Shown: positions 8,798-17,005 of the stretch, one piece after another
How the letters are laid out: each line of letters starts with the position of its first letter
Position numbering within the stretch: position 1 is the first letter of the stretch
Source of the DNA: Planctomycetia bacterium
Lineage (GTDB): Bacteria > Planctomycetota > Planctomycetia > Pirellulales > UBA1268
Assembly: GCA_046074725.1 (NCBI GenBank)
Contig: JBJTOU010000056.1
Coordinates: 1 to 64,000, forward strand
Direction of reading: 5' to 3'
DNA length: 64,000 nucleotides
The notes under the pieces: model-generated
The model's database searches: none
The model's input: the letters and a program-made list of their open reading frames with translations, nothing else
What the model was told of the DNA's origin: nothing
Program-made: the position numbers and the translations under genes

Positions 8798-10645
8798 CTA
8801 GGCAGCGGAAGGCGTGTATATGTCCACTGTGAAAGCAGCCTGGCGGCCGATCACCTCTGCGACCCGAAGGATCACTTCCTCGGGCATCCCCGGGTACATC
8901 GGCAGGCTCAGTACGCGCGCGGCGGCCGCTTCGGCTTTGGGGAGATCACCACGCCGGTAGTTGAGCTGGGCATGTACAGGCTGAAGGTGAAGCGGCGTCG
9001 GGTAATACACGGCCGTGCCGATGCCGGCAGTCCGAAGAGCGTCGCTTGCCGCATCACGATCATCGATCGCGATCGTGTATTGGTGAAACACATGACCCAA
9101 GGCTGGGTCGGGCGGCAGTGGCAACTGAATCCGGGCCAGGCCGTTCAGCGATCTGCCATACGCCGTCGCGGTACGCCGGCGGGCAGCATTCCATCTGTCG
9201 AGATGCGGCAGTTTGACGCGCAGGATCGCCGCCTGGAGCTCGTCGAGACGGCTGTTCATACCGAGTTCCTCATGGTGGTATTTGACTCGGCCACCGTGCC
9301 GGCGAAGCATCTCGACGCGCTCAAATACGGCGGCGTCATTGGTGAGCACCATGCCCCCATCCCCCATGCACCCGAGGTTCTTGCTCGGGAAGAAGCTCAG
9401 GCAGCCGACGTCACCGAAGGTGCCGATCTTGCGGCCGCGGTAGGTGGCTCCCAAGGCTTGCGCACAGTCCTCGACCACTTTCAGCCCATGCCTATGAGCG
9501 ATGGCCATGATCTCGTCCATCGCGCAGGGACGGCCATAGAGATGGACGGGCAGAATGGCCTTCGTCCTTGGTGTGATCGCTTCCTCGATCAGCCGATGAT
9601 CGATGTTGAACGTCCGCAGATCTATATCGACGAAGACCGGCGTCGCTCCGACCATCAGGATAGCCTCGGTCGTGGCCACGAAGGTGAAGGGCGTCGTAAT
9701 GACCTCATCCCCCGGTCCGATCGACAGGGCGCGAAGGGCAAGATGCAGTGCGTCCGTGCCATTGGCGACCCCAACAGCATGGGAACATCCGCAATAGGCT
9801 GCCATCTCCTGTTCAAAGGCCTTGACATTGGGCCCCAGAATGAAGTTGCCGGCTGCTGCGACATCTTTCATTACCGCATCGATTTCGTCCTTCAGTTGGG
9901 CATACTGTGGGCGAACATCGCATACCGGGATGTCGTGATGTGGAGGGGTGGCGTGGGTATTGAAAACCACCGAGGAACATGCCTTTTCACACGGTTCACA
10001 TGATTGGGCTGACAGGCGGTACGTGCGGCCACATTCAGCACACGCAACCTCTTCACCCGCTGCGTCGTCCAGCACGGCACCGCAGACGCAGGCCCATCCG
10101 TGCTGTCGCGCAGGGTTGCCGTATACCACCGCGTGGGCCGGCACGTCGCGGGTGATGACGGCGCCTGCGCCTACCAAGGCGTGCTCACCGATCGTACATC
10201 CACAGATGACCGTGGCATTTGCACCGATGCTCGCGCCACGGCAGACGCGCGTGGGCAGATTGTCCTCTGGCCGATTTCTTGGGAATGCCGACCTGGGAGT
10301 CGCAATGTTGGTAAACACCATGCTCGGCCCACAGAAGACATCGTCCTCGAGCGTAACCCCCTCGTAGACGGAAACGTTGTTCTGAATTTTGACATTGTTC
10401 CCGATTGTCACGCGAGGACCGATGACCACGTTTTGCCCGATGCGACACCGGTCGCCGACGTGTGAGTCGGGCAGGACGTGGCTGAAGTGCCAGATGCATG
10501 TGCCCGCCCCGATCGTCACATCCTGATCTACATAGGCTGATTCATGGATGGAAGCCGTGTCATCGACAATGGCGTGCGGATCGATTCGGAGGTGGCCAGC
10601 ATGATGGTCCTCCGCGATTCCGGCGGCGACTGTCTTCGCAGGCAT
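8798..10645 (-). CDS. Fusion protein: N-terminal hexapeptide-repeat N-acetyltransferase (WbpD-like), a Cys-rich linker, and a C-terminal DegT/DnrJ/EryC1 PLP aminotransferase (WbpE-like).
   Basis: N-terminal left-handed beta-helix repeats (IGAGTCIWHFSHV, IGQNVVIGPRVTIGNNVKIQNNVSV, IGANATVICGCTIGEHALVGAGAVI). Linker WACVCG...CAECG...CEPCEKAC. C-terminal DegT motifs (ANGTDALHLAL, PFTFVATTEAI, SFFPSKNLGCMGDGG). The start at ATG 10645 lies 26 nt after the upstream stop. Confidence 0.8.
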   Translation of the reverse strand: MPAKTVAAGIAEDHHAGHLRIDPHAIVDDTASIHESAYVDQDVTIGAGTCIWHFSHVLPDSHVGDRCRIGQNVVIGPRVTIGNNVKIQNNVSVYEGVTLEDDVFCGPSMVFTNIATPRSAFPRNRPEDNLPTRVCRGASIGANATVICGCTIGEHALVGAGAVITRDVPAHAVVYGNPARQHGWACVCGAVLDDAAGEEVACAECGRTYRLSAQSCEPCEKACSSVVFNTHATPPHHDIPVCDVRPQYAQLKDEIDAVMKDVAAAGNFILGPNVKAFEQEMAAYCGCSHAVGVANGTDALHLALRALSIGPGDEVITTPFTFVATTEAILMVGATPVFVDIDLRTFNIDHRLIEEAITPRTKAILPVHLYGRPCAMDEIMAIAHRHGLKVVEDCAQALGATYRGRKIGTFGDVGCLSFFPSKNLGCMGDGGMVLTNDAAVFERVEMLRRHGGRVKYHHEELGMNSRLDELQAAILRVKLPHLDRWNAARRRTATAYGRSLNGLARIQLPLPPDPALGHVFHQYTIAIDDRDAASDALRTAGIGTAVYYPTPLHLQPVHAQLNYRRGDLPKAEAAAARVLSLPMYPGMPEEVILRVAEVIGRQAAFTVDIYTPSAA

Positions 10646-10670
10646 GGCGGGATCCTTGTGGCAGTGCGTA

Positions 10671-11645
10671 TTACGCTGCCTGTGGCGCACTCGCGACAGC
10701 GTGGCCATGCTCGTGACTCCAAAGGCTCTCGCGGCCGGGAATAACTTCGGCACGGTTCACTGCATGAACCAGCTCGATTGCCGGCCGCGCCTCCGCGATG
10801 CCAAAGCCGCGTCCGGCGAGAATCTCCGCGTAGGCTCGCGTGTGGAGGTCCGTGAAGCCATCCGAAAACTCGATCTCCTCGCCGTCGAGCGTCAGCGAAC
10901 GGAATGCAAATTTGCCTTGGCTGCGTGTGGCGGCGGGAAGGTCGTCGCCGTTGACCGACAGAAACCAGCGCACCCGCGCCCGCTCCATCTCGAGCGTTCC
11001 GGCCATTCGTCTCGAGGACCGGTGGTGGACCTCCAGATTTTCCACGCCTCCGAAAATCCAGAGCAGCAGGTCGAAGAAGTGAACGCCGATATTCATTGCG
11101 ATGCCACCCGACTTCGACTGGTCGCCTTTCCAGGACACGTCGTACCACGCCCCTCGGCGGGTGACGTATATCAAGCAGACCTCCGCCTTGGTGCTGGAAG
11201 AGGAATTCGCGACTGTGTCGCGAAGGGCGATCAGGCGGTCGATCAGCCGAAGCTGGAGTACGTTGTAGACACGCGAGCCGTACTCCTCCTCGAGCGTGGC
11301 AAGTGCGTCGAGATTCCAGGGACTCACGACGAGCGGCTTCTCGCAGATCACGTCGGCGTGAACCCGCAGGGCGAGGCGCACGTGGGCGTCGTGGAGGTAG
11401 TTCGGCGTACAGACACTGACATAGTGGACGCGATCCGAATCGGGTCCGCGGCGCAATTTTTCCAAATGCCGATCGAACCGCTCGATTTCCGTGAAGAACC
11501 TTGTTTCTGGGAAATATGAGTCGAGTCGCCCCACGCAATCGTGAGGGTCGACAGCGGCGACCAGCCGATTCCCGGTGTCCTGTATCGCTTGCATGTGACG
11601 CGGGGCTATGAAGCCTGCGGCGCCGATCAGAGCGAAGTTTTTCAT
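10671..11645 (-). CDS. Gfo/Idh/MocA oxidoreductase, WbpB-like (UDP-GlcNAcA 3-dehydrogenase type)
   Basis: MKNFALIGAAGFIAPRHMQAIQDTGN...VCTPNYLHDAHVRLALRVHADVICEKPL closely follows the WbpB N-terminal pattern as I remember it. Confidence 0.8.
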   Translation of the reverse strand: MKNFALIGAAGFIAPRHMQAIQDTGNRLVAAVDPHDCVGRLDSYFPETRFFTEIERFDRHLEKLRRGPDSDRVHYVSVCTPNYLHDAHVRLALRVHADVICEKPLVVSPWNLDALATLEEEYGSRVYNVLQLRLIDRLIALRDTVANSSSSTKAEVCLIYVTRRGAWYDVSWKGDQSKSGGIAMNIGVHFFDLLLWIFGGVENLEVHHRSSRRMAGTLEMERARVRWFLSVNGDDLPAATRSQGKFAFRSLTLDGEEIEFSDGFTDLHTRAYAEILAGRGFGIAEARPAIELVHAVNRAEVIPGRESLWSHEHGHAVASAPQAA

Positions 11646-11685
11646 GGGCAGCGGTGGTGCGAGGGGAAATGTTCCCGCGATGAAA

Positions 11686-13074
11686 TCAGGCGGCGTAATA
11701 CCGCGGCGGCCGTTGAGTAGCGGCATTGCGGCAATCCACCAGCGGTACGCCGAGTGACGGGAAGTCGATCGACGCATACTCCTTGTGATTTGTGCAGAGC
11801 ACGATCACGTCATAGTCCGCTGTGATCGGCACGCACGCTCGACCGGCAACCCAGTGATTGCTTCGGCCTTCGCGGATCACCGGGACATGGGGATCGTTGT
11901 AGGCAACGATCGCTCCGCGCTTTTCAAGCGACTGCATGATCGCGTAGCTCGGGCTCTCGCGGTCGTCATCAACGTCGGCCTTATAGGCGATGCCGAGTAC
12001 CAGCACGCGGGAGCCCTTGACAGGTTTGCCGATGTCGTTGAGCGCGTCGATGACCCGTGATACGACGTAGTCGGGCATCGCCGTGTTGATCTCCCCGGCG
12101 AGTTCGATGAGCCGGGTGTGATGTCCGTGCTCAAGGGCCTTCCAGGTGAGATAGAACGGGTCGATGGGGATGCAGTGCCCCCCGAGCCCTGGGCCCGGAT
12201 AAAACGGCATGTAGCCAAAGGGCTTGGTCGAGGCCGCGCGAATCACTTCCCACACGTCGATGCCCATTGCGGCATAGATCACCTTGAGCTCATTGACGAG
12301 CGCGATGTTGACCGACCGGAAGATGTTCTCCATGAGTTTCGTGGCCTCGGCGGCCCTGCAGCTCGACACGGGAACGACTTCCTTGACGATCCTGCCGTAC
12401 AACGTGACCGCGCGGTCGCGGCAGGCTTCCGTGAGGCCGCCGACCACCTTCGGAATGTCGCGGAGCCGGCTCTTCGGATTCCCGGGATCCTCGCGCTCGG
12501 GCGAGTACGCCAGAAAAAAATCCTTCCCCGCACGCAACCCGCTTCCCTCCTCGAGAATGGGGCGGGCGATCTCGTCGGTCGTGCCCGGATAGGTGGTCGA
12601 TTCGAGCACCACGAGCTGCCCGGGCTGAAGGTGCGGCGCGATCGAACGACACGTGGACTCCACGAACGAAAGATCCGGAACCCGGTTGGGCGTGAGCGGT
12701 GTGGGCACGCAGATGAGGATCGCATCAGCGCCCGCAAGCGCCGCGAAGTCGTCAGTGGCGGTAAGCGTTTTCGCATCCACGGCTGCGGCGACGTCGGTAT
12801 CCGCGATGTGCTTGATGTAGGAGGTTCCCGAGGAAAGCTTCTTCGCCTTCGTCGGATCCGTGTCGACGCCGAGCACGTTGGCGCCGGACTTCGCGAAGGC
12901 CAGGCAGAGCGGCAGGCCCACGTACCCCAAGCCGATCACGGCGACGTCGTGTGTGCCGCGGGCGGCACCACCATCGTCCCGACCATGGAGCCGCAGCCAC
13001 CGCGCAGGTGTCGCTTCGGCAAAGGCGACGCGTTCCTTTAGAGATGGTGATGAGGCGCGAGCATGGGCTGCCAT
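11686..13074 (-). CDS. Nucleotide-sugar 6-dehydrogenase, WbpA/WecC-like (UDP-N-acetyl-D-glucosamine dehydrogenase type)
   Basis: VAVIGLGYVGLPLCLAF Rossmann fold and the GGHCIPIDP catalytic Cys motif. The start was set at ATG 13074 (MAAHARA). Confidence 0.85.
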   Translation of the reverse strand: MAAHARASSPSLKERVAFAEATPARWLRLHGRDDGGAARGTHDVAVIGLGYVGLPLCLAFAKSGANVLGVDTDPTKAKKLSSGTSYIKHIADTDVAAAVDAKTLTATDDFAALAGADAILICVPTPLTPNRVPDLSFVESTCRSIAPHLQPGQLVVLESTTYPGTTDEIARPILEEGSGLRAGKDFFLAYSPEREDPGNPKSRLRDIPKVVGGLTEACRDRAVTLYGRIVKEVVPVSSCRAAEATKLMENIFRSVNIALVNELKVIYAAMGIDVWEVIRAASTKPFGYMPFYPGPGLGGHCIPIDPFYLTWKALEHGHHTRLIELAGEINTAMPDYVVSRVIDALNDIGKPVKGSRVLVLGIAYKADVDDDRESPSYAIMQSLEKRGAIVAYNDPHVPVIREGRSNHWVAGRACVPITADYDVIVLCTNHKEYASIDFPSLGVPLVDCRNAATQRPPRYYAA

Positions 13075-13165
13075 AAGAGTTCTCCTTACCAAGACGGTGG
13101 CCGACGTGTCTTCGGGAAATATCTGTTTGTTTTCGAAAGCGACGATAGCGACATTGATCGTGAAT

Positions 13166-14212
13166 TCAGGCGGCCCGTCGCCAGGATGCCTTTTCGTTCT
13201 CGATGTTGTGATACCGGCGATACCAGTCGATGAATTGGGCGATGCCAACCTCTATCGATGTGGCCGGCGCAAAATCGACAGCCTCGGCCAGTGCCTCGAC
13301 GTCGGCATACGTCGCCGGCACGTCGCCCGGCTGGATCGGTACGAGGTGTCGGATCGCCGTCTTGCCGAGGTTCTGCTCGAGGAGCGAGACCACGTGCAGC
13401 AATTCGACCGGCGAATGGTTGCCGATGTTGTAGACCCGCCAGGGGGCGTTGCTTGTCGCCGGATCAGGCGAATGGCCTGACCATTGTGGATTGGCCGTCG
13501 CGGGCTTCTCCGTCAGCCGCACGATCGACTCGACGACGTCGTCGACGTATGTGAAGTCGCGGCGCATCGAGCCATGGTTGTAGAGTTCGATCGGGCGTCC
13601 TGCGAGAATGGCCTCCGTGAATTTCCACATGGCCATGTCGGGCCGGCCCCACGGGCCGTACACGGTGAAAAACCGAAGGCCCGTCGTCGGCAGCCGGTAG
13701 AGATGGCTGTAGGTATGGGCCATCAATTCGTTGGCCTTCTTCGTGGCCGCATAGAGGCTCACCGGATGATCGACCGTGTCTTCGACCGCAAACGGCAGTT
13801 TCGTGTTGGAGCCGTAGACGCTGCTCGAGGAGGCATAGACGAGGTGGCCGACCTCGTTGTGCCGGCACGCTTCCAAAATCGAGAGGAAGCCGACAAGGTT
13901 TGAATCGACGTAGGCCCAAGGATTGGTGATCGACCAGCGGACGCCGGCTTGAGCCGCCAGATGGATGACGCAGTCGGGCCGCACGCGGTTCACGAGATCC
14001 GCAACGGCATCTTTTTCGACCAGATCGATCTTGTGAAACGCGAAGCGATCGCTTTCACTCAAGAGGGCGAGCCGATCCTGCTTCAACTGCGGCGAGTAGT
14101 ACGCGTTGAGATTGTCGAGACCGACGACGGTCGCGCCGCTAGCCAGCAGCCGCTGGGCCGTGTGAAAACCGATGAAGCCGGCACAGCCGGTGACGAGGAT
14201 GCAGGCTGACAT
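13166..14212 (-). CDS. NAD-dependent epimerase/dehydratase, CapI/UDP-glucuronate 4-epimerase-like
   Basis: MSACILVTGCAGFIGFH (GxxGxxG), YAATKKANE (YxxxK), LRFFTVYGPWGRPDMA, characteristic of the CapI/LpsL group. Confidence 0.85.
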   Translation of the reverse strand: MSACILVTGCAGFIGFHTAQRLLASGATVVGLDNLNAYYSPQLKQDRLALLSESDRFAFHKIDLVEKDAVADLVNRVRPDCVIHLAAQAGVRWSITNPWAYVDSNLVGFLSILEACRHNEVGHLVYASSSSVYGSNTKLPFAVEDTVDHPVSLYAATKKANELMAHTYSHLYRLPTTGLRFFTVYGPWGRPDMAMWKFTEAILAGRPIELYNHGSMRRDFTYVDDVVESIVRLTEKPATANPQWSGHSPDPATSNAPWRVYNIGNHSPVELLHVVSLLEQNLGKTAIRHLVPIQPGDVPATYADVEALAEAVDFAPATSIEVGIAQFIDWYRRYHNIENEKASWRRAA

Positions 14213-15002
14213 GAAATCCTTTGCAGATATCCACTGCCACATCGTGCCGGGCATCGACGACGGCGCTTCGGACTTGGCCGAGTCGATCGCAATGGCCCGC
14301 ATGGCAGCGGCGGACGGTACGAAATCGCTCGTGGCGACTCCACATCAGTTGGGCGGCAACAGCCATGTGAGTGCCGAGGCGATCCGCAAGGGGGTCGCGA
14401 GCCTCCAAGCCGCTCTTGCGGCGGAAAACATCGAGGTTTCCGTCCTCCCCGGGGCCGATGTGCGGATCGAGCCTGAACTGCCGAAACTGCTCAAGCAGGG
14501 CAAAGTGCTCACTCTGGCGGACCGGGGCAAGCATGTGCTTCTCGAGTTGCCCCATGACACCTATATCCCGCTCGAGCAGCTTTTTGCCTCGCTCGACAAG
14601 CAGGGGCTCGTCGGCATCCTCTCCCACCCCGAGCGAAACCGCGGGATCATCCGCTCGCCCGATGTGATGAAAGACGTCGTCGCCGCCGGCGGACTCCTGC
14701 AGATCACCGCCGGCAGCCTTACTGGGGCCTTCGGTTCCTCGCCCCGGCGAATCGCCGAATACGCCATCAAACACCGAGTCGCGCATTTCATCGCCAGCGA
14801 CGCACACGACACCACTCGCAGGCCATTCGGGCTTAGCGATGCCTTTGCGACTGTGGCCTCCCTGGCAGACGAGACCTACGCAACCTTGCTGTGCTGTGGC
14901 AACCCAGCGAAGGTGGTGAATGGAGACGATGTGGTAGGGGGCGTCGTGCGCGGGGAGCGACGAAAGAAGACGTTTGGCTCAGGGTGGTTTAGGAAGAGGT
15001 AA
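14211..15002 (+). CDS. PHP-family protein-tyrosine phosphatase (CpsB/CapC/YwqE type)
   Basis: MKSFADIHCHIVPGIDDGA matches the HxH...DDG N-terminus of CpsB. Later motifs are ILSHPERN and IASDAHD. Confidence 0.8.
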   Translation: MKSFADIHCHIVPGIDDGASDLAESIAMARMAAADGTKSLVATPHQLGGNSHVSAEAIRKGVASLQAALAAENIEVSVLPGADVRIEPELPKLLKQGKVLTLADRGKHVLLELPHDTYIPLEQLFASLDKQGLVGILSHPERNRGIIRSPDVMKDVVAAGGLLQITAGSLTGAFGSSPRRIAEYAIKHRVAHFIASDAHDTTRRPFGLSDAFATVASLADETYATLLCCGNPAKVVNGDDVVGGVVRGERRKKTFGSGWFRKR

Positions 15003-15088
15003 TTTTGCTCATGCGTTGTGACGGTCGTTCCGATAAGAACGATTGCGTCGAAAGAAATTTCTCCTTTCCGCGCCCGGGAGATGCCCAG

Positions 15089-15643
15089 ATGAAATCAGCC
15101 CTTCGATATGCCGCGATCCTCGTCGCTGTCTGCATCGGCAGCATGGCGGTTGCGGACCGCACGGCTCATGCTCAAGGCTCGGGTGCCCGGAACTTCGTCC
15201 TTGACGAAGGGGGCGTGATGAATGGCGAAGTCCGCAGTTCCTCGGGGCAGCCCCTCAGCAACGCACGTGTCTCGATTTTGCAAGGCGGCCGGCAGGTGGC
15301 CGTGACCCAAACCAACGCCGAGGGCATGTTCAGCATCGGTGGGCTTCGGGAAGGCGAGCATGTGCTGCAGGCGGCCAACCAGTCGCTCGTCTATCGTTTT
15401 TGGCAGCCCGGCAGTGCGCCACCGAACTCGGAAAACTTCGCATCGATCGTGTACCGGCCCGAGGAGGTCGCGTATTCGCAGCCGGCGCCCTCCCGCCCCG
15501 GGCCCGCGCCGCGGCGTGGTTTCCTCCGCCGATCGTTCGCCAATTACCCCGTCCTGACGACCGCCGCGCTCCTTGGAGCCGGTATCGGGTCGGGCATCGC
15601 GATCGGATCATCTGGCGGCGGCAGCACGCCGGCGAGCCCTTGA
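15089..15643 (+). CDS. Hypothetical secreted or membrane-anchored protein with a carboxypeptidase-regulatory-like (CarboxypepD_reg) beta-sandwich segment
   Basis: Signal peptide MKSALRYAAILVAVCIGSMAVADRTAHA. GEVRSSSGQPLSNARVSILQGGRQVAVTQTNAEGMFSIGGLREGEHVL resembles the CarboxypepD_reg fold. C-terminal hydrophobic Gly/Ser-rich tail. GGGAG lies 8 nt before the ATG. Confidence 0.45.
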   Translation: MKSALRYAAILVAVCIGSMAVADRTAHAQGSGARNFVLDEGGVMNGEVRSSSGQPLSNARVSILQGGRQVAVTQTNAEGMFSIGGLREGEHVLQAANQSLVYRFWQPGSAPPNSENFASIVYRPEEVAYSQPAPSRPGPAPRRGFLRRSFANYPVLTTAALLGAGIGSGIAIGSSGGGSTPASP

Positions 15644-15692
15644 TCAAGACACGATAGGCTGGAGTGACCAGCCGGATCACGCAAACCAAACG

Positions 15693-15724
15693 CCCTCGGC
15701 ACCATGTGCCGGGGGTTTTTTGTT
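15693..15724 (+). terminator. Rho-independent terminator-like hairpin
   Basis: CCCTCGGCAC-CAT-GTGCCGGGGG (10-bp GC-rich stem with one G.U pair) followed by TTTTTTGTT, about 50 nt after the stop at 15643. Confidence 0.6.
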
Positions 15725-15822
15725 GATGCGTGAGAGAAGAAAAGATGGCGATGCTGGGTAGGCGCAGCGTGGGGCAACTCCTGTGGCGTGAGCGACGCGG
15801 ATTCGATACATCCCGCCTTTCC

Positions 15823-16986
15823 ATGCAACGACTCACCATTTCGATGCGACCGGGGCTCCGGTGCGCGATCGCCGTGTCAGCCCTCGTCGCCCTGACGGGC
15901 TGCCATGGACGCGTCATCCAGGCGACGCGGATGCCGTCCCGTTACCAGGCGGCGGTGGTGACCAACGCCAAAATCGCGGACTTGAGCCGGCTCTCGATAC
16001 CCACCACATCCAGCAGCATGATCGAGCCGGAGGATGTCATCGATGTCGCCATATCAAGTGGCCTCGAGGATGCAGCGAGGGTCGCCCCCATCGCGGTTCG
16101 CGTTGATGACGAGGGCGTGGCGAACATCGCACTGGTGGGCCCGATTCCGCTGGCCGGCATGGAGCCATTTGCCGCCGAACAACTGATCGCCGAGACGGCC
16201 GTGGAGCGTGGTCTGTATCGGCAACCGCAGGTCACGGTGACGATGAAGAAGAAGGCTGTCAACCGAGTGACTGTCATCGGGGCGGTCGAAAAGCAGGGCG
16301 TGCAGGAACTGCCGCGCGGCCAGAGCACGCTGCTGGCGGCGCTGGTTGCCGCGGGATCGCTCAACGAAAGGGCGGGCACGACCATCGAAGTCCGCCGGCA
16401 TGAAGCCGCCATGCCAGCCATGGCCCGCACCAAAGAAGCCTCATCGAGCGCGGTGCAGGTGGCGTCTGCCGAGACACTGGCAGGGGGCGATGTTCTCACG
16501 CCAGTGCCAGAAGAGCACGACGAGAACGAAAGCGCGCCGGCTGAGCCTCGCGTCATGAAGATCGACCTCACCACGGTCGACGCCTCCGGCAGCAACGACG
16601 TGCAGCTCAAGGATGGCGACATCATCCGGGTCGAAACCCGCGATCCGAACCCGATCAGCGTGATTGGCCTCGTGCGGAAGCCGGGGCAGTATGAGATGCC
16701 CGTGAACCAACCGATGCACGTGCTCGATGCCCTCGCGCTCGCCGGCGAGCGAAGCAACTCCTGGGCCGACAAGGTCATCATCACACGCCACGTCCGTGGC
16801 CGGCGCGAGCCGGTCGTGATCCAGACGAGCGTGATGCAATGCCAGCATGACGACACCGCCAACATTCGCTTGTCGCCCGGCGACGTGGTGAGCGTGGAGC
16901 AGACGCCGGCGACCGTCGTGAACACGGTGCTGGGAAACATCATTCGCTTCAGCTTCGTCGCCGGTGGGCGGGTCGCAGTGTTCTAG
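15823..16986 (+). CDS. wza: Polysaccharide export outer-membrane lipoprotein (Wza/OPX family)
   Basis: Lipoprotein signal AVSALVALTGC. Poly_export-like ...VRVDDEGVANIALVGPIPLAGM...AEQLIAE...QVTVTM. SLBB-like repeats (VTVIGAVEKQGVQELP; ISVIGLVRKPGQYEMP). Confidence 0.8.
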   Translation: MQRLTISMRPGLRCAIAVSALVALTGCHGRVIQATRMPSRYQAAVVTNAKIADLSRLSIPTTSSSMIEPEDVIDVAISSGLEDAARVAPIAVRVDDEGVANIALVGPIPLAGMEPFAAEQLIAETAVERGLYRQPQVTVTMKKKAVNRVTVIGAVEKQGVQELPRGQSTLLAALVAAGSLNERAGTTIEVRRHEAAMPAMARTKEASSSAVQVASAETLAGGDVLTPVPEEHDENESAPAEPRVMKIDLTTVDASGSNDVQLKDGDIIRVETRDPNPISVIGLVRKPGQYEMPVNQPMHVLDALALAGERSNSWADKVIITRHVRGRREPVVIQTSVMQCQHDDTANIRLSPGDVVSVEQTPATVVNTVLGNIIRFSFVAGGRVAVF

Positions 16987-17005
16987 GAACTCCGCGCTGG
17001 AACGC

